Source: an uncultured Enterobacteriaceae bacterium (GTDB lineage: Bacteria; Desulfobacterota; Binatia; Bin18). From it: a DNA stretch of 64,000 nucleotides. This document shows, in pieces, positions 30,315 through 39,306 of this stretch. The notes under the pieces were generated by a model. That model had not been told where the DNA came from. It was given only the letters and a program-made list of their open reading frames with translations, and searched no databases. The first letter of the stretch is position 1; each line of letters begins with the position of its first letter. The DNA is taken from NCBI GenBank assembly GCA_964460065.1, contig CAYWPF010000120.1, positions 151 through 64,150 of the forward strand, in the 5' to 3' direction. The position numbers and the translations under genes were made by a program.

Positions 30315-30456
30315 AATTGCTTTATTTTTATTTGGTGGGCCCCGCTTTGGGCACGATGGATAGCGGAAAGGCAGGCAGTTCTTGGCCAAGCATCCAGTAA
30401 AATTAAGGGTGGTTGCTATAGCGGATCGTAGACGTCGCGGGAGGCAGTCCAAGCGG

Positions 30457-31044
30457 ACGATGCTGATTGTTGTCATGCTGTCAGGGATCGCAGGAATTTT
30501 GGGATACTACTTCGCATACGATTTTGTATTATCGTTCCTCGGCATTACGGGCCTCTTTATCGTCGCGAGAGAAGTCGCGGCGCATCGGGCTAGACGATCT
30601 CTTGCAAATGCTGAAAACGCTCCCAGCGTACCGGCACGTAAGCAGGAGTCGGAACAGTTTCGGCGCATGGGAGAACATGAACTCCTTCAGAGTGTTGTCT
30701 CGATTCTTGTTGCCCACGGATACCAAGAGGTATTAAAAAAGGTTGATAATACGGGTTCTAGCCGTGTCATGAGTCGGGGAGGTAGAATATGTTATGTGAC
30801 CGCGTGGCACCACTCGATTGACGAGGAATTTATCCGTACCCTTTTGGCCACAGAGCCAAAAAGGGATCCTTCCCAAATGGTTGTTGTCACGGCCCAAAAC
30901 GTCTCACCTGGGGCAAACCGCATGGCATTGGACCGTAAAATTAACTTGATAGATGGGGAAGAATTATTTAGACTCTGGTCCTTGCAAGCGAAAGGGCACC
31001 GAGTTCACGCGTTAGATTTAAGCGGAAGTCGCTCCCATGAGTAA
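30457..31044 (+). CDS. membrane-anchored restriction-endonuclease-like (Mrr_cat) domain protein
   Basis: two N-terminal TM helices then Mrr-like catalytic core (ICYVTAWHH, INLIDGEELFRL); in-frame ORF opens at 30382. Confidence 0.55.
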   Translation, partial: TMLIVVMLSGIAGILGYYFAYDFVLSFLGITGLFIVAREVAAHRARRSLANAENAPSVPARKQESEQFRRMGEHELLQSVVSILVAHGYQEVLKKVDNTGSSRVMSRGGRICYVTAWHHSIDEEFIRTLLATEPKRDPSQMVVVTAQNVSPGANRMALDRKINLIDGEELFRLWSLQAKGHRVHALDLSGSRSHE

Positions 31045-31089
31045 GAGAGTACTTCTTTAGGTTTTTGATCCGACAACGCCAAAGGAATC

Positions 31090-31632
31090 ATGCTAACCTT
31101 CGTGACAGGGAACCGTCAAAAAGTACGTGAATTTGAGCGTATTTTGGGTATTTCACTCGCGTATAAACAAATGGAGTTCGAGGAAGTCCAGTCGGTTGAG
31201 TTTGGTCCGGTCGTGGCGAAGAAGGTTACATTAGCGCAACAGGTAATCGATGGTCCGGTTTTGGTAGAGGATACAGGAATCAGTATTGCGGCCTGGAATG
31301 GCTTGCCTGGAGCGCTTACAAAGTGGTTCGTTAGTACAGTTGGCGTCGACGGTTTGTGCAGAATGATGAGCGCCGAGCCGAATCGGAGGGCGACCGCCGT
31401 GACCATGCTTGGGTACAGTAACGGTAAGAAACCTAGGCTGTTTGTGGGCGAAGTGCTAGGGACTGTTCTAAGTCATGCCAAAGGTAATGCGGGTTTTGGA
31501 TGGGACCCGATCTTTCGACCTTTAGGAAGCCAGAGAACATTCGCAGAGATGTCGGGCGAAGAAAAAGATAAGTTTTCGATGCGGAAGAAGGCATTAGATG
31601 CCTTCCGCGCTTCTGGTCTGGCGACCTTTTAG
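31090..31632 (+). CDS. rdgB: non-canonical purine NTP pyrophosphatase (RdgB/HAM1)
   Basis: FVTGNRQKVREF N-terminus and GFGWDPIF motif. Confidence 0.85.
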   Translation: MLTFVTGNRQKVREFERILGISLAYKQMEFEEVQSVEFGPVVAKKVTLAQQVIDGPVLVEDTGISIAAWNGLPGALTKWFVSTVGVDGLCRMMSAEPNRRATAVTMLGYSNGKKPRLFVGEVLGTVLSHAKGNAGFGWDPIFRPLGSQRTFAEMSGEEKDKFSMRKKALDAFRASGLATF

Positions 31633-31672
31633 GCGCGTCAGGGCCTGTGAGTTTAGACAGTAACGTGGCGTT

Positions 31673-32713
31673 ATGTTTGATTCCTTGAAATATTTGCGTG
31701 AAGTCGAGAAAGAGCTGTTGTGCAAGATCCTCCCGGCGGTGAGCAGGTCCTTCTATCTTAGTCTACGTGTGACACCAGCAAGAGTGAGACGTTCATTGGG
31801 ACTAGGCTACCTGTTCTGCCGTGCGGCTGACACAATTGCAGATACGGAACTCCTTCCACCGGAGCTTCGAGCGCAATATCTGACCAGGTTTAGAGCCGCA
31901 TTTGATCAGGGGAGTGCGGATATATGTAATGGGCTCAGGCAGGATATGATCAGCGAAAATTCTGCCGCCGCGGAATATGAATTGCTTCAAAAATTAGATG
32001 CCTGTTTTAGCTATTATGATTGTCTGGAAACGGACGAACGTAAACATATTAGAAATCTAATTCTAACCCTGACGCAAGGTATGGATATGGACTTAAGGCT
32101 GTTCACGTCGCCCTCCGACGGACAGATTACTGCTCTCGAGACGATCGAGGAACTTGAAAGATATATGTACCTTGTTGCGGGGTGCGTGGGGGAGTTCTGG
32201 ACAAATGTGACTTTTGAGTATCTGCCAGCACTAGGTAAGTGTGACACCGAGGAAATGGTTGCTCGATCGGTGCGGTTTGGGAAGGGTCTCCAATTGACCA
32301 ACATCTTGCGGGATATTCCTGAGGATCTCCGGATAGGGCGTTGCTACCTTCCCCGAGAAGAATTGGCAAGATTTGGCATTGAACCGGAGGCGCTGCTCCG
32401 GCGAGACACTATTTCGATGTTGCGGCCGCTCTTACAGGAGTTGCAACAGCGTGCCCGCAACTATTTCAAAGACGCCTGGCTGTATACTGCAGCAATTCCC
32501 GTTCGGGAATGGAGAATGCGATTGTCCTGTGCTTGGCCATTGCTGATTGGGGCAGGCACGTTGCGGCTTGTAGAAAGCTCGCCAAATCTCCTAGAGCCTC
32601 AGACAAAATTAAAAATACCCCGTACGAGAATCTACGCTATACTTTTAGGGTCGCTCGCAGCAGTCTGGAGCAATAGAGGCCTAGCGCTGCAGTATAAATG
32701 GTTCTCTTCGTGA
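31673..32713 (+). CDS. squalene/phytoene synthase family prenyltransferase (HpnC/HpnD/CrtB-like)
   Basis: YMYLVAGCVGEFW and the RDIPEDLRIGRCYLPREEL Asp-rich region. Confidence 0.7.
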   Translation: MFDSLKYLREVEKELLCKILPAVSRSFYLSLRVTPARVRRSLGLGYLFCRAADTIADTELLPPELRAQYLTRFRAAFDQGSADICNGLRQDMISENSAAAEYELLQKLDACFSYYDCLETDERKHIRNLILTLTQGMDMDLRLFTSPSDGQITALETIEELERYMYLVAGCVGEFWTNVTFEYLPALGKCDTEEMVARSVRFGKGLQLTNILRDIPEDLRIGRCYLPREELARFGIEPEALLRRDTISMLRPLLQELQQRARNYFKDAWLYTAAIPVREWRMRLSCAWPLLIGAGTLRLVESSPNLLEPQTKLKIPRTRIYAILLGSLAAVWSNRGLALQYKWFSS

Positions 32714-32745
32714 AATGACTTAGGAACGAGTTAATCGGGTCAGGA

Positions 32746-33318
32746 ATGATGAAGAGCACAGGCACAGATAAAACAAACCGCGGGACAGAGAGACTCTCCC
32801 GGACGTTACCCGATTATTTAATCAATAATCTTGAAATAGTTTTTGTCGGTTTGAATCCGGGACTATATTCTGCACAGATAGGGCATTATTACGCTAATAA
32901 AGTAAACCGCTTCTGGAATGCTTTGTCCGCCTCTGGACTGATCCCTGACCCGATGGAAGCAAAAGACGACTGGCGACTAACGTCCTGGGGCATCGGACTT
33001 ACTGATATTGTTAAGAGGCCCACATCGGGCATCCATGAGGTGTCGAAACGTGAATTTCGCGATGGGGCGAAGAAATTACGTGACAAAGTCGTCCGCTATT
33101 CCCCAAGGGTCGTATGTTTCAACGGTCTAACGGGCTACCGCGTTTGTTGCGGAAAGGCGGCTAGTGTAGGTTACGGTGAAACCCGTTTCGGGGGTGCTCG
33201 AGTGTTTGTTATTCCTTCCACGAGCCCGCGGAACGCCCGTTACTCTCTGGGAGACATCACGGCCGCACTTTCCGACCTTAAGGAGTTTAACGAGGCCCTT
33301 CGGGGGAGCGTCAAGTAG
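32746..33318 (+). CDS. mug: G/U mismatch-specific uracil-DNA glycosylase (family 2 UDG)
   Basis: FVGLNPG motif and TDG/Mug fold signature. Confidence 0.75.
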   Translation: MMKSTGTDKTNRGTERLSRTLPDYLINNLEIVFVGLNPGLYSAQIGHYYANKVNRFWNALSASGLIPDPMEAKDDWRLTSWGIGLTDIVKRPTSGIHEVSKREFRDGAKKLRDKVVRYSPRVVCFNGLTGYRVCCGKAASVGYGETRFGGARVFVIPSTSPRNARYSLGDITAALSDLKEFNEALRGSVK

Positions 33319-33445
33319 CCCGCCTGGCGATCGCCTTGTCGGCGATTCCTTGCGGTACAGATAATTAGCAGCGGCGAGCGCGGCTACGGGAGATAATGCG
33401 CGCGCTCCTTGGCGTTAGTTGGTTGAATTAGTAAATCCGGGATCA

Positions 33446-33470
33446 AACCCCTAGTGGCCACTAGGGGGTT
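33446..33470. terminator. near-perfect 12-bp palindrome AACCCCTAGTGG|CCACTAGGGGGTT, candidate bidirectional terminator
   Basis: lies between convergent mug (+) and the 33493-33837 (-) gene; flanking T runs are weak. Confidence 0.4.
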
Positions 33471-33492
33471 TGGACGCATCCGGAGACGGAAT

Positions 33493-33837
33493 TTATAATA
33501 GCGGGCTCGTTTGCAAGAGAATTCCATTGTGTATGAGAAAGCTTCGTATGTAATTTCCTTTTTGACGCCTATTCCCCGGACCACCTTCTACAGTTTCTTC
33601 GAATTCTGTAATTTTTCCCGCATAGAAGCGCCTTCCTTTCGCACGGATTTTTTTTCCACCGTCGACTTCTCGCAAACACTCTTCAATGATTTGGTTCGGG
33701 TCTTTTTGCACGAGTTCGCAAAAGGCGTCTAATGCGGAGACTCTCTCTAAGCCTTCTTTTCGAGGAATACCTGATTGCTCTTCCAGGCCCATCAACCAGG
33801 CCTCTACGGTTCTGGGGAGTGATTTGTCATTAAGCAT
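33493..33837 (-). CDS. hypothetical protein (114 aa)
   Basis: ORF directly downstream of the nitroreductase gene on the same strand; no family recognised. Confidence 0.4.
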   Translation of the reverse strand: MLNDKSLPRTVEAWLMGLEEQSGIPRKEGLERVSALDAFCELVQKDPNQIIEECLREVDGGKKIRAKGRRFYAGKITEFEETVEGGPGNRRQKGNYIRSFLIHNGILLQTSPLL

Positions 33838-33882
33838 ACGGTGCTACTTCCTTCCTCTCCGACCGCTTGCTGATCGGCAGTG

Positions 33883-34695
33883 TCAGTCATGGGGTAAACC
33901 TAGCATACGGCTAACCGCTCGAACCTCTTTGCCTCTCCAGGGGAGAGGCGCGGACGATTGTATCATTTTGTCTCGCATGAGCTGTGCGGCGCCTTCCTCT
34001 GTTCCCCGAAACGGGCGACCGTAACTGCCCTCGTGATATAGTTCTCCGAGGGGGGGACGTGGGCGCTGGCCCCCTGCCTCGGGACTCTCTGCCGGGTAGC
34101 CAACGAACTGTACCCACATAGGTGTCCAGGTGTCGGGCACTCTGAGGAACTGTCGCGCGGCAGCTTCGGGGAACGCGCTTAGAGTGGTACCTAAGCCTTC
34201 GTCAACAGCTGCTAGGAGGGCTTGGCAAATAGCCAAGCCTGTCTCACATCCCGTAATTTTGGCTTCAAGGGCTGAATCCGCTTCCATTGCCCGAACCGTT
34301 TTAGGGTAGGCTATCTCGTCCACAAACTCATGCGTCCAACCATGGCTAACATTCAAGATCTGCATATCGATTTGCTTTTTGGTTCGATCTTTCATGTCGC
34401 GAGCTAGTGCTTTTGTATCGCCCCACCAATAGATGTGGACTGGCGCCAAATTTATAATTCCCTCATTTTCCGGAATAGTGAGAGATTTTATGTCTGCTGG
34501 CGATAAGGTCTCCCTTTCGATCACAACGGCCCGTGCGAAATCCGCATTTCCGGCACGGCTGGCAAGCCGTGCCGCTTCCAAAATTGTCTGTAACTTTAGA
34601 CGTTCGACTGGACGCCAAGGTAGGAAATAGCGAATAGAACGTCTGCGACCGACAACTTCTTTGAAATCCACCTGTACATCCTCCGAGAAACTCAA
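33883..34695 (-). CDS. nitroreductase family protein
   Basis: RRSIRYF FMN-binding motif. Confidence 0.75.
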   Translation of the reverse strand: MSFSEDVQVDFKEVVGRRRSIRYFLPWRPVERLKLQTILEAARLASRAGNADFARAVVIERETLSPADIKSLTIPENEGIINLAPVHIYWWGDTKALARDMKDRTKKQIDMQILNVSHGWTHEFVDEIAYPKTVRAMEADSALEAKITGCETGLAICQALLAAVDEGLGTTLSAFPEAAARQFLRVPDTWTPMWVQFVGYPAESPEAGGQRPRPPLGELYHEGSYGRPFRGTEEGAAQLMRDKMIQSSAPLPWRGKEVRAVSRMLGLPHD

Positions 34696-34860
34696 GCTAA
34701 GGACTTCGAGATAGCGTGCGTCGGCAAAGTATATGGTTTTGTTTTCTACCGGAAGGGAGCCCCTTTACATAACCTAAAAACGCTTGGGGTTGAATCGATT
34801 GATTCTGGTTGCTGTGTTAGAACTAAGCGGGTGGGTAGCCGTAGGACAAGGAGTAGAGTT

Positions 34861-35637
34861 ATGAGAATCGTTGCGACGAGGTATTTTGCAGGGCTATTGG
34901 TGTTGTACTTGGTACAAGGTTGTGGCGCGCCTAAGACGCCGCCAAGAGTGATAGTGGAGAAACCTAAGTTGACAGCAAAGTCATGTGAGGACGCAAATCG
35001 ACTGGTATATAAAGCGGTTCAAACGATGGGATATGTAGTTGCCGACTATACATTGGCTAGTCCAGGCCAACCAGGGAGGATTTCGGCAACAAAATCGGGA
35101 GCTACGGATGGAGTAGTCACTATCTCATGCACAGAAAATGGAGCAACGATAGAAGGCCGGAATGCGGTACAAGTCCCGTCACTGTTTGGGGCGGCGGAGA
35201 GGCCTCACCATTTTGTGAATAGTTTTCCAATGACATACCAGATGGTTCAAAGGCGAGAAGCATACCAAATCGCGAATCCGGAAGAAGGAGCGCTGCAGCT
35301 GACAATTGTTCGATTGAACGAATACGAAGCGAAAAATGTGCTTGGTTCGGATGTGCATGGAAGCGGACTTTTGCCGGTTCGTGTTACGGTTAGTAACAAC
35401 ACTCCGCGTCCGTATGAGATCGAAGCTGACAAGATATTCCTGGTGCCACAAGCAGGTGGGAGAGTGGGTCCCGTTTCGTCTCCGGATGGGGATGGGACTT
35501 TACAAAGTAGGATCGTAGAACCCGGCGAGACGGTTTCGGGCTACCTCTATTACCCGGCGGGAAGTTATAGCTCCGCGCGAACGTCTGTGGTTGACAAGGA
35601 AAATAACGAGAGGGAAGGGTTCTCCGTTAGGTTTTAG
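34861..35637 (+). CDS. lipoprotein of unknown function
   Basis: AAGGAG ribosome-binding site before ATG 34861; lipobox LVQGCG; no family recognised. Confidence 0.5.
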   Translation: MRIVATRYFAGLLVLYLVQGCGAPKTPPRVIVEKPKLTAKSCEDANRLVYKAVQTMGYVVADYTLASPGQPGRISATKSGATDGVVTISCTENGATIEGRNAVQVPSLFGAAERPHHFVNSFPMTYQMVQRREAYQIANPEEGALQLTIVRLNEYEAKNVLGSDVHGSGLLPVRVTVSNNTPRPYEIEADKIFLVPQAGGRVGPVSSPDGDGTLQSRIVEPGETVSGYLYYPAGSYSSARTSVVDKENNEREGFSVRF

Positions 35638-35788
35638 TAATACGCTGTTCTTTGTGTTTCGCGAAGGCGGAGGGGTTGATGAATTGAAAGGAATCTTCGT
35701 AAAACAGGACAGCAGCCTCGTACATTTTGAGCGAAGTGCGTGAGACAATGACGGTCGGCAGTGTAGATGTGTGCCTAAAAATTATTTT

Positions 35789-36394
35789 TTAATGAACAGG
35801 GGTGTTTTGGGACTTGTGAATATACCGTGTAAGTAACAACTGCATGGTATCGGCGGGTTGTATACCTATCAAAGGGAAGTCTCCCAGGAGGAAAGTGGGG
35901 TACCCTAATATCCCAAACGAGGCAGCTTCACGCTCAGTTGCTAGGACACGATGTGTCAGCGCGCCAGATTGAAGAAGAGGACGTAGTTCGGAGCTTGGTA
36001 GCCCTACCGAGCGTGCTATATCGAGTACCACGTCCAGGTCTGCGATATCGCGCTCGTCTTCAAATGCTGCTCTGAATACGGCGTTGTGGAAGAGTAAGAA
36101 TCCCTGTTGGTCTTTAGCGAATTCTGCCGCTTCTAATGCGTAAGTTGAATCCAACCACGTAGGGGGGATTCGGAGCGGAATGCCCGTCTCTCTGGATACG
36201 CGAATTATTTTTCCTTTCGAGTCGGTGTCAATTACTTCTCCGTTCTTCCACCCTTGGTGACGCCGGACTATTTGGACCCCTTTCCAGAGAAGTGTGGCAT
36301 CTATTTGTGCGTCCAACCGTTCCATCACCCGCGCAGCAATGTAGCTGAGCGAAGAGGCATAGTCGTAATAGACCGGTATGCGCACTTTTAACAT
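35789..36394 (-). CDS. DsbA-like thioredoxin-fold protein lacking the CxxC pair (HCCA-isomerase / kappa-GST-like)
   Basis: MLKVRIPVYYDYASSLSY N-terminus fits the DsbA/FrnE family but with Ser replacing the Cys pair; the longer ORF to 36457 starts on TTG. Confidence 0.55.
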   Translation of the reverse strand: MLKVRIPVYYDYASSLSYIAARVMERLDAQIDATLLWKGVQIVRRHQGWKNGEVIDTDSKGKIIRVSRETGIPLRIPPTWLDSTYALEAAEFAKDQQGFLLFHNAVFRAAFEDERDIADLDVVLDIARSVGLPSSELRPLLQSGALTHRVLATEREAASFGILGYPTFLLGDFPLIGIQPADTMQLLLTRYIHKSQNTPVH

Positions 36395-36483
36395 AAGCGT
36401 GTGTCCCGTTTTCCCGAGTGTACAGGTTTCCTGATTGCAAGGACAACCGGGTTGCAATATAGAAGTATCAGGAGGCGGGAATT

Positions 36484-37083
36484 ATGGGCACAATTGTTGT
36501 ACTTAGTCCTATTGGGGATGTTCGGAGTGATGAGTGGCCTTTAGCAGCGAGGGTTAGCGACCTAGCGCATAGAAGAATCGGATTTCTTAACAACCGCAAA
36601 GCAAATGTGGGTGGTTTGCTTGGATCTCTGGAGTCGTTGCTCCGTGAGCGCCACGGGGAATTCGTCGTTATAAAAGCGGAAAAGAACGCGGCTCTAGCTG
36701 CGCCGAAGGAAGTGATGAACCGGTTGTCAACCTGCGACGCGGTTATCGCAGCTATTGGAGATTGAGGCTCATGTACTTCGTGGGGTATCCACGACGTAGT
36801 TGAACTGGAGAAAAGAGGAATACCGACCGTAATGATTTGTAGCGACGAATTCGCGCCTCTCGGGCGTGCGGAGTCTCAAACACTAGGCATGCCTGGAATC
36901 CCCATCGCGACACTTCGGCACCCACTGGCCGGCAACAAGCCAGCGACTGTCCGAGAAAAGGCCCACAACCTTCTTGAGGAAGTAGTGCGCCTACTCACGG
37001 AGTCGAGTGAAGCGTTGGATAAAGAGTATCGACAGGAACAGGTCGGAACAGGAACGTCTAAGGTGAGAAGTGAAATGGCCTAA
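36484..37083 (+). CDS. candidate selenoprotein, UGSC-motif protein (in-frame TGA at 36763-36765 read as selenocysteine)
   Basis: two same-frame ORFs (36484-36765, 36832-37083) joined with no other stop; TGA codon yields ...AAIGD-U-GSCTSWGIHD...; hairpin 36774-36798 downstream; AGGAGG ribosome-binding site before ATG 36484. Confidence 0.65.
36774..36798 (+). promoter_or_regulatory. bacterial SECIS-like hairpin (stem TACTTCGTGG/CCACGACGTA, apical loop GGUAU)
   Basis: begins 9 nt after the in-frame TGA; 9-10 bp stem with one mismatch and a GGU-containing apical loop about 20 nt from the UGA. Confidence 0.55.
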
Positions 37084-38170
37084 GACCATGCCCAATGAAT
37101 CAATAAAGATAACCTTGGAGGATTCGCTGGAAGTGGTGAACGAGTGGTTCTACGATAAAGGGTGGACGGACGGATTGCCTATCATACCACCTACAGAGGT
37201 TCGTGTTCAAAAGCTAATGGACTGGACAGATCGTAGCCGATCGGAGTCTGTGGGGAGGATGCCGCCGAAATACGGCTCTGCAACGATAGAAAAATTAGCG
37301 ATCAATGCGGTAATGGCTGGATGTACGGGAGAATATTTCCCGATAGTGATTGCTTCCGTGGAAGCTTTGCTGCAGGGCCCGTTCAATCTTTACGGCGTGC
37401 AAAGTACGACGCATCCTTGTGCTCCGTTGGTCGTCGTCAGTGGGCCAATTGCCTCCGAAGTGGGAATTAATGGAAAATATAATGCATTTGGACAGGGGTG
37501 GCGGCCGAATGCCACCATAGGCCGTGCCATTCGGTTGGCGTTATTGAACATAGGTGGAGCTACACCGGGGGGGTTGGATAGAGCTACACAGGGCCAACCG
37601 GGGAAATTTAGCTTTTGTGTCGCGGAAAATGAAACGGCCAATCCGTGGGAACCCCTGCATGTCGAGAAGGGTTACCCGTCGACAACGAGTGTAGTTACGG
37701 TGTGCGGCGCAGAAGGGCCGCATAATATTAACGATCACATTAGTAATTCGGCGCAGGGTATCTTGAAGACGATCGCGAGTACGATGGCGGGGATGGGCTC
37801 TAATAACGCCTATGCTTTTGGTGAGCCTATCCTCGCGCTAGGACCCGAGCACGCTTCGATTTTGGCCAGGGACGGTTTGAGCAAAAACGACATTCGTTAT
37901 TACGTATTTGAAAATGCGCGCGTGCCGAGAAATATGTGGGAGGCTGGCGGGATGGCGGGGATGGGGTTTACGCCGGAAGGTGCTTTTACGGAGGATGCAG
38001 CCATTCCGCTAATACGAGAGCCGCAGTCCCTAATGGTTTTAGTAATAGGCGGCCCAGGGCGGCATTCATGCTGGCTGCCTACCTTTGGCGCTATGACCCG
38101 GACAGTCACACGTCCGATAGCCCTCAAAGACGGGACAGCGGCAAAATCTGTGCACGACTTCAGAAAATAA
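37070..38170 (+). CDS. hypothetical protein (366 aa), translationally coupled to the candidate selenoprotein gene
   Basis: start overlaps the selenoprotein stop by 14 nt; no family recognised. Confidence 0.5.
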   Translation: MKWPKTMPNESIKITLEDSLEVVNEWFYDKGWTDGLPIIPPTEVRVQKLMDWTDRSRSESVGRMPPKYGSATIEKLAINAVMAGCTGEYFPIVIASVEALLQGPFNLYGVQSTTHPCAPLVVVSGPIASEVGINGKYNAFGQGWRPNATIGRAIRLALLNIGGATPGGLDRATQGQPGKFSFCVAENETANPWEPLHVEKGYPSTTSVVTVCGAEGPHNINDHISNSAQGILKTIASTMAGMGSNNAYAFGEPILALGPEHASILARDGLSKNDIRYYVFENARVPRNMWEAGGMAGMGFTPEGAFTEDAAIPLIREPQSLMVLVIGGPGRHSCWLPTFGAMTRTVTRPIALKDGTAAKSVHDFRK

Positions 38171-38259
38171 TATAGGAGTGTAACAGGAAGACGCCATGTT
38201 TTGTCCAATCGGTCGCAAGGGTCGGTGATCACTAGGCGCGAAAGTGTTATTAAAACGTC

Positions 38260-39306
38260 ATGAGAGTAGGGCTAGTCGGGTTCGCACGGTCGGGAAAGAC
38301 CACTGTGTTTAACACGTTAACGGGTATGAGTGCGGCCGTTGGAAGTTTTGAACAGAAACGTGACGCGTCCATTGCAGTAATTAAAGTCCCTGATGCCCGG
38401 GTAGACGCGCTAGCCGATATAGTTGAACCGAGCCAGAAGAAATATGCAGAGGTGACGTTTCTGGACTTTCCTCCTTCTGACGAGCGGAAAGCTGCATTGG
38501 ACAAGCGGTCGCTTACTCAGATGAGAGAAGTGGACGCACTGACACAAGTGGTTCGCGCTTTTGACGACCCCGTAGCGGAGTCGGATATTGACCCGCTGAG
38601 GGACTTGCGGGGCTTTCAATCTGAATTGATCCTCGCGGACATGGAAATCATAGAAAAACGGCTGGGTAGAATAAAAAGGGAGAAAGGACACGAGCGAGAG
38701 GAAAAACTATTGCGTCGATGTTATACGGTGCTTGAAGAGGAAAAGCCTCTTCGGTCAGAGGGATTTCTTCCTGAAGAAGAGATGGCGCTAGCCGGCTTTG
38801 ACTTTCTGAGCAAAAAACCGCTTTTGGTGGTCTACAATGTCGAAGAGAACGAGGTGAATACGAGTTTGCCGGCGGACGTTCTTCGGTATAATGAAGAGCA
38901 GCAACTCGAGACAGTTCTAATTTGCGGAAAAGTGGAAATGGAGATTGCTCAGTTGGAGGAAGAGGAAAGAGGATTGTTTCTTGCTGATTTAGGACTTCAG
39001 GAAGCCGCCCGAGACCGATTTGTGCGGTACGCCTATAACATTTTGAACCTGATGAGCTTTTTTACGGCGGGTCCGATGGAGGCCCGTGCCTGGACGATCG
39101 AGCGTGGTACCGTGGCGCTAAAGGCTGCGGGAAAAATTCATTCGGATATCGAGCGGGGTTTCATAAGAGCAGAGGTGATTTCGTATGACGCCTATATCGA
39201 ACATCGGGGCGAGGCCGGATGTCGTGAGGTTGGGCAAATGCGTCTAGAAGGGAAGGGCTATGTGATGGAAGACGGTGACGTGGTTCATTTCCGTTTTAAG
39301 GTCTGA
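38260..39306 (+). CDS. YchF/Ola1-like P-loop NTPase with C-terminal TGS domain (divergent G motifs)
   Basis: GLVGFARSGKTTVFNTLTG G1 motif; C-terminal DGDVVHFRFKV TGS signature; G3 region not canonical. Confidence 0.6.
   Translation: MRVGLVGFARSGKTTVFNTLTGMSAAVGSFEQKRDASIAVIKVPDARVDALADIVEPSQKKYAEVTFLDFPPSDERKAALDKRSLTQMREVDALTQVVRAFDDPVAESDIDPLRDLRGFQSELILADMEIIEKRLGRIKREKGHEREEKLLRRCYTVLEEEKPLRSEGFLPEEEMALAGFDFLSKKPLLVVYNVEENEVNTSLPADVLRYNEEQQLETVLICGKVEMEIAQLEEEERGLFLADLGLQEAARDRFVRYAYNILNLMSFFTAGPMEARAWTIERGTVALKAAGKIHSDIERGFIRAEVISYDAYIEHRGEAGCREVGQMRLEGKGYVMEDGDVVHFRFKV

Noticed and set aside
36766-36831. Treating 36484-36765 and 36832-37083 as two separate small genes
   Set aside because: They share a frame with no stop other than a single TGA, the second ORF has no ribosome-binding site of its own, and a SECIS-like hairpin follows the TGA. 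Read-through as selenocysteine is the better model.
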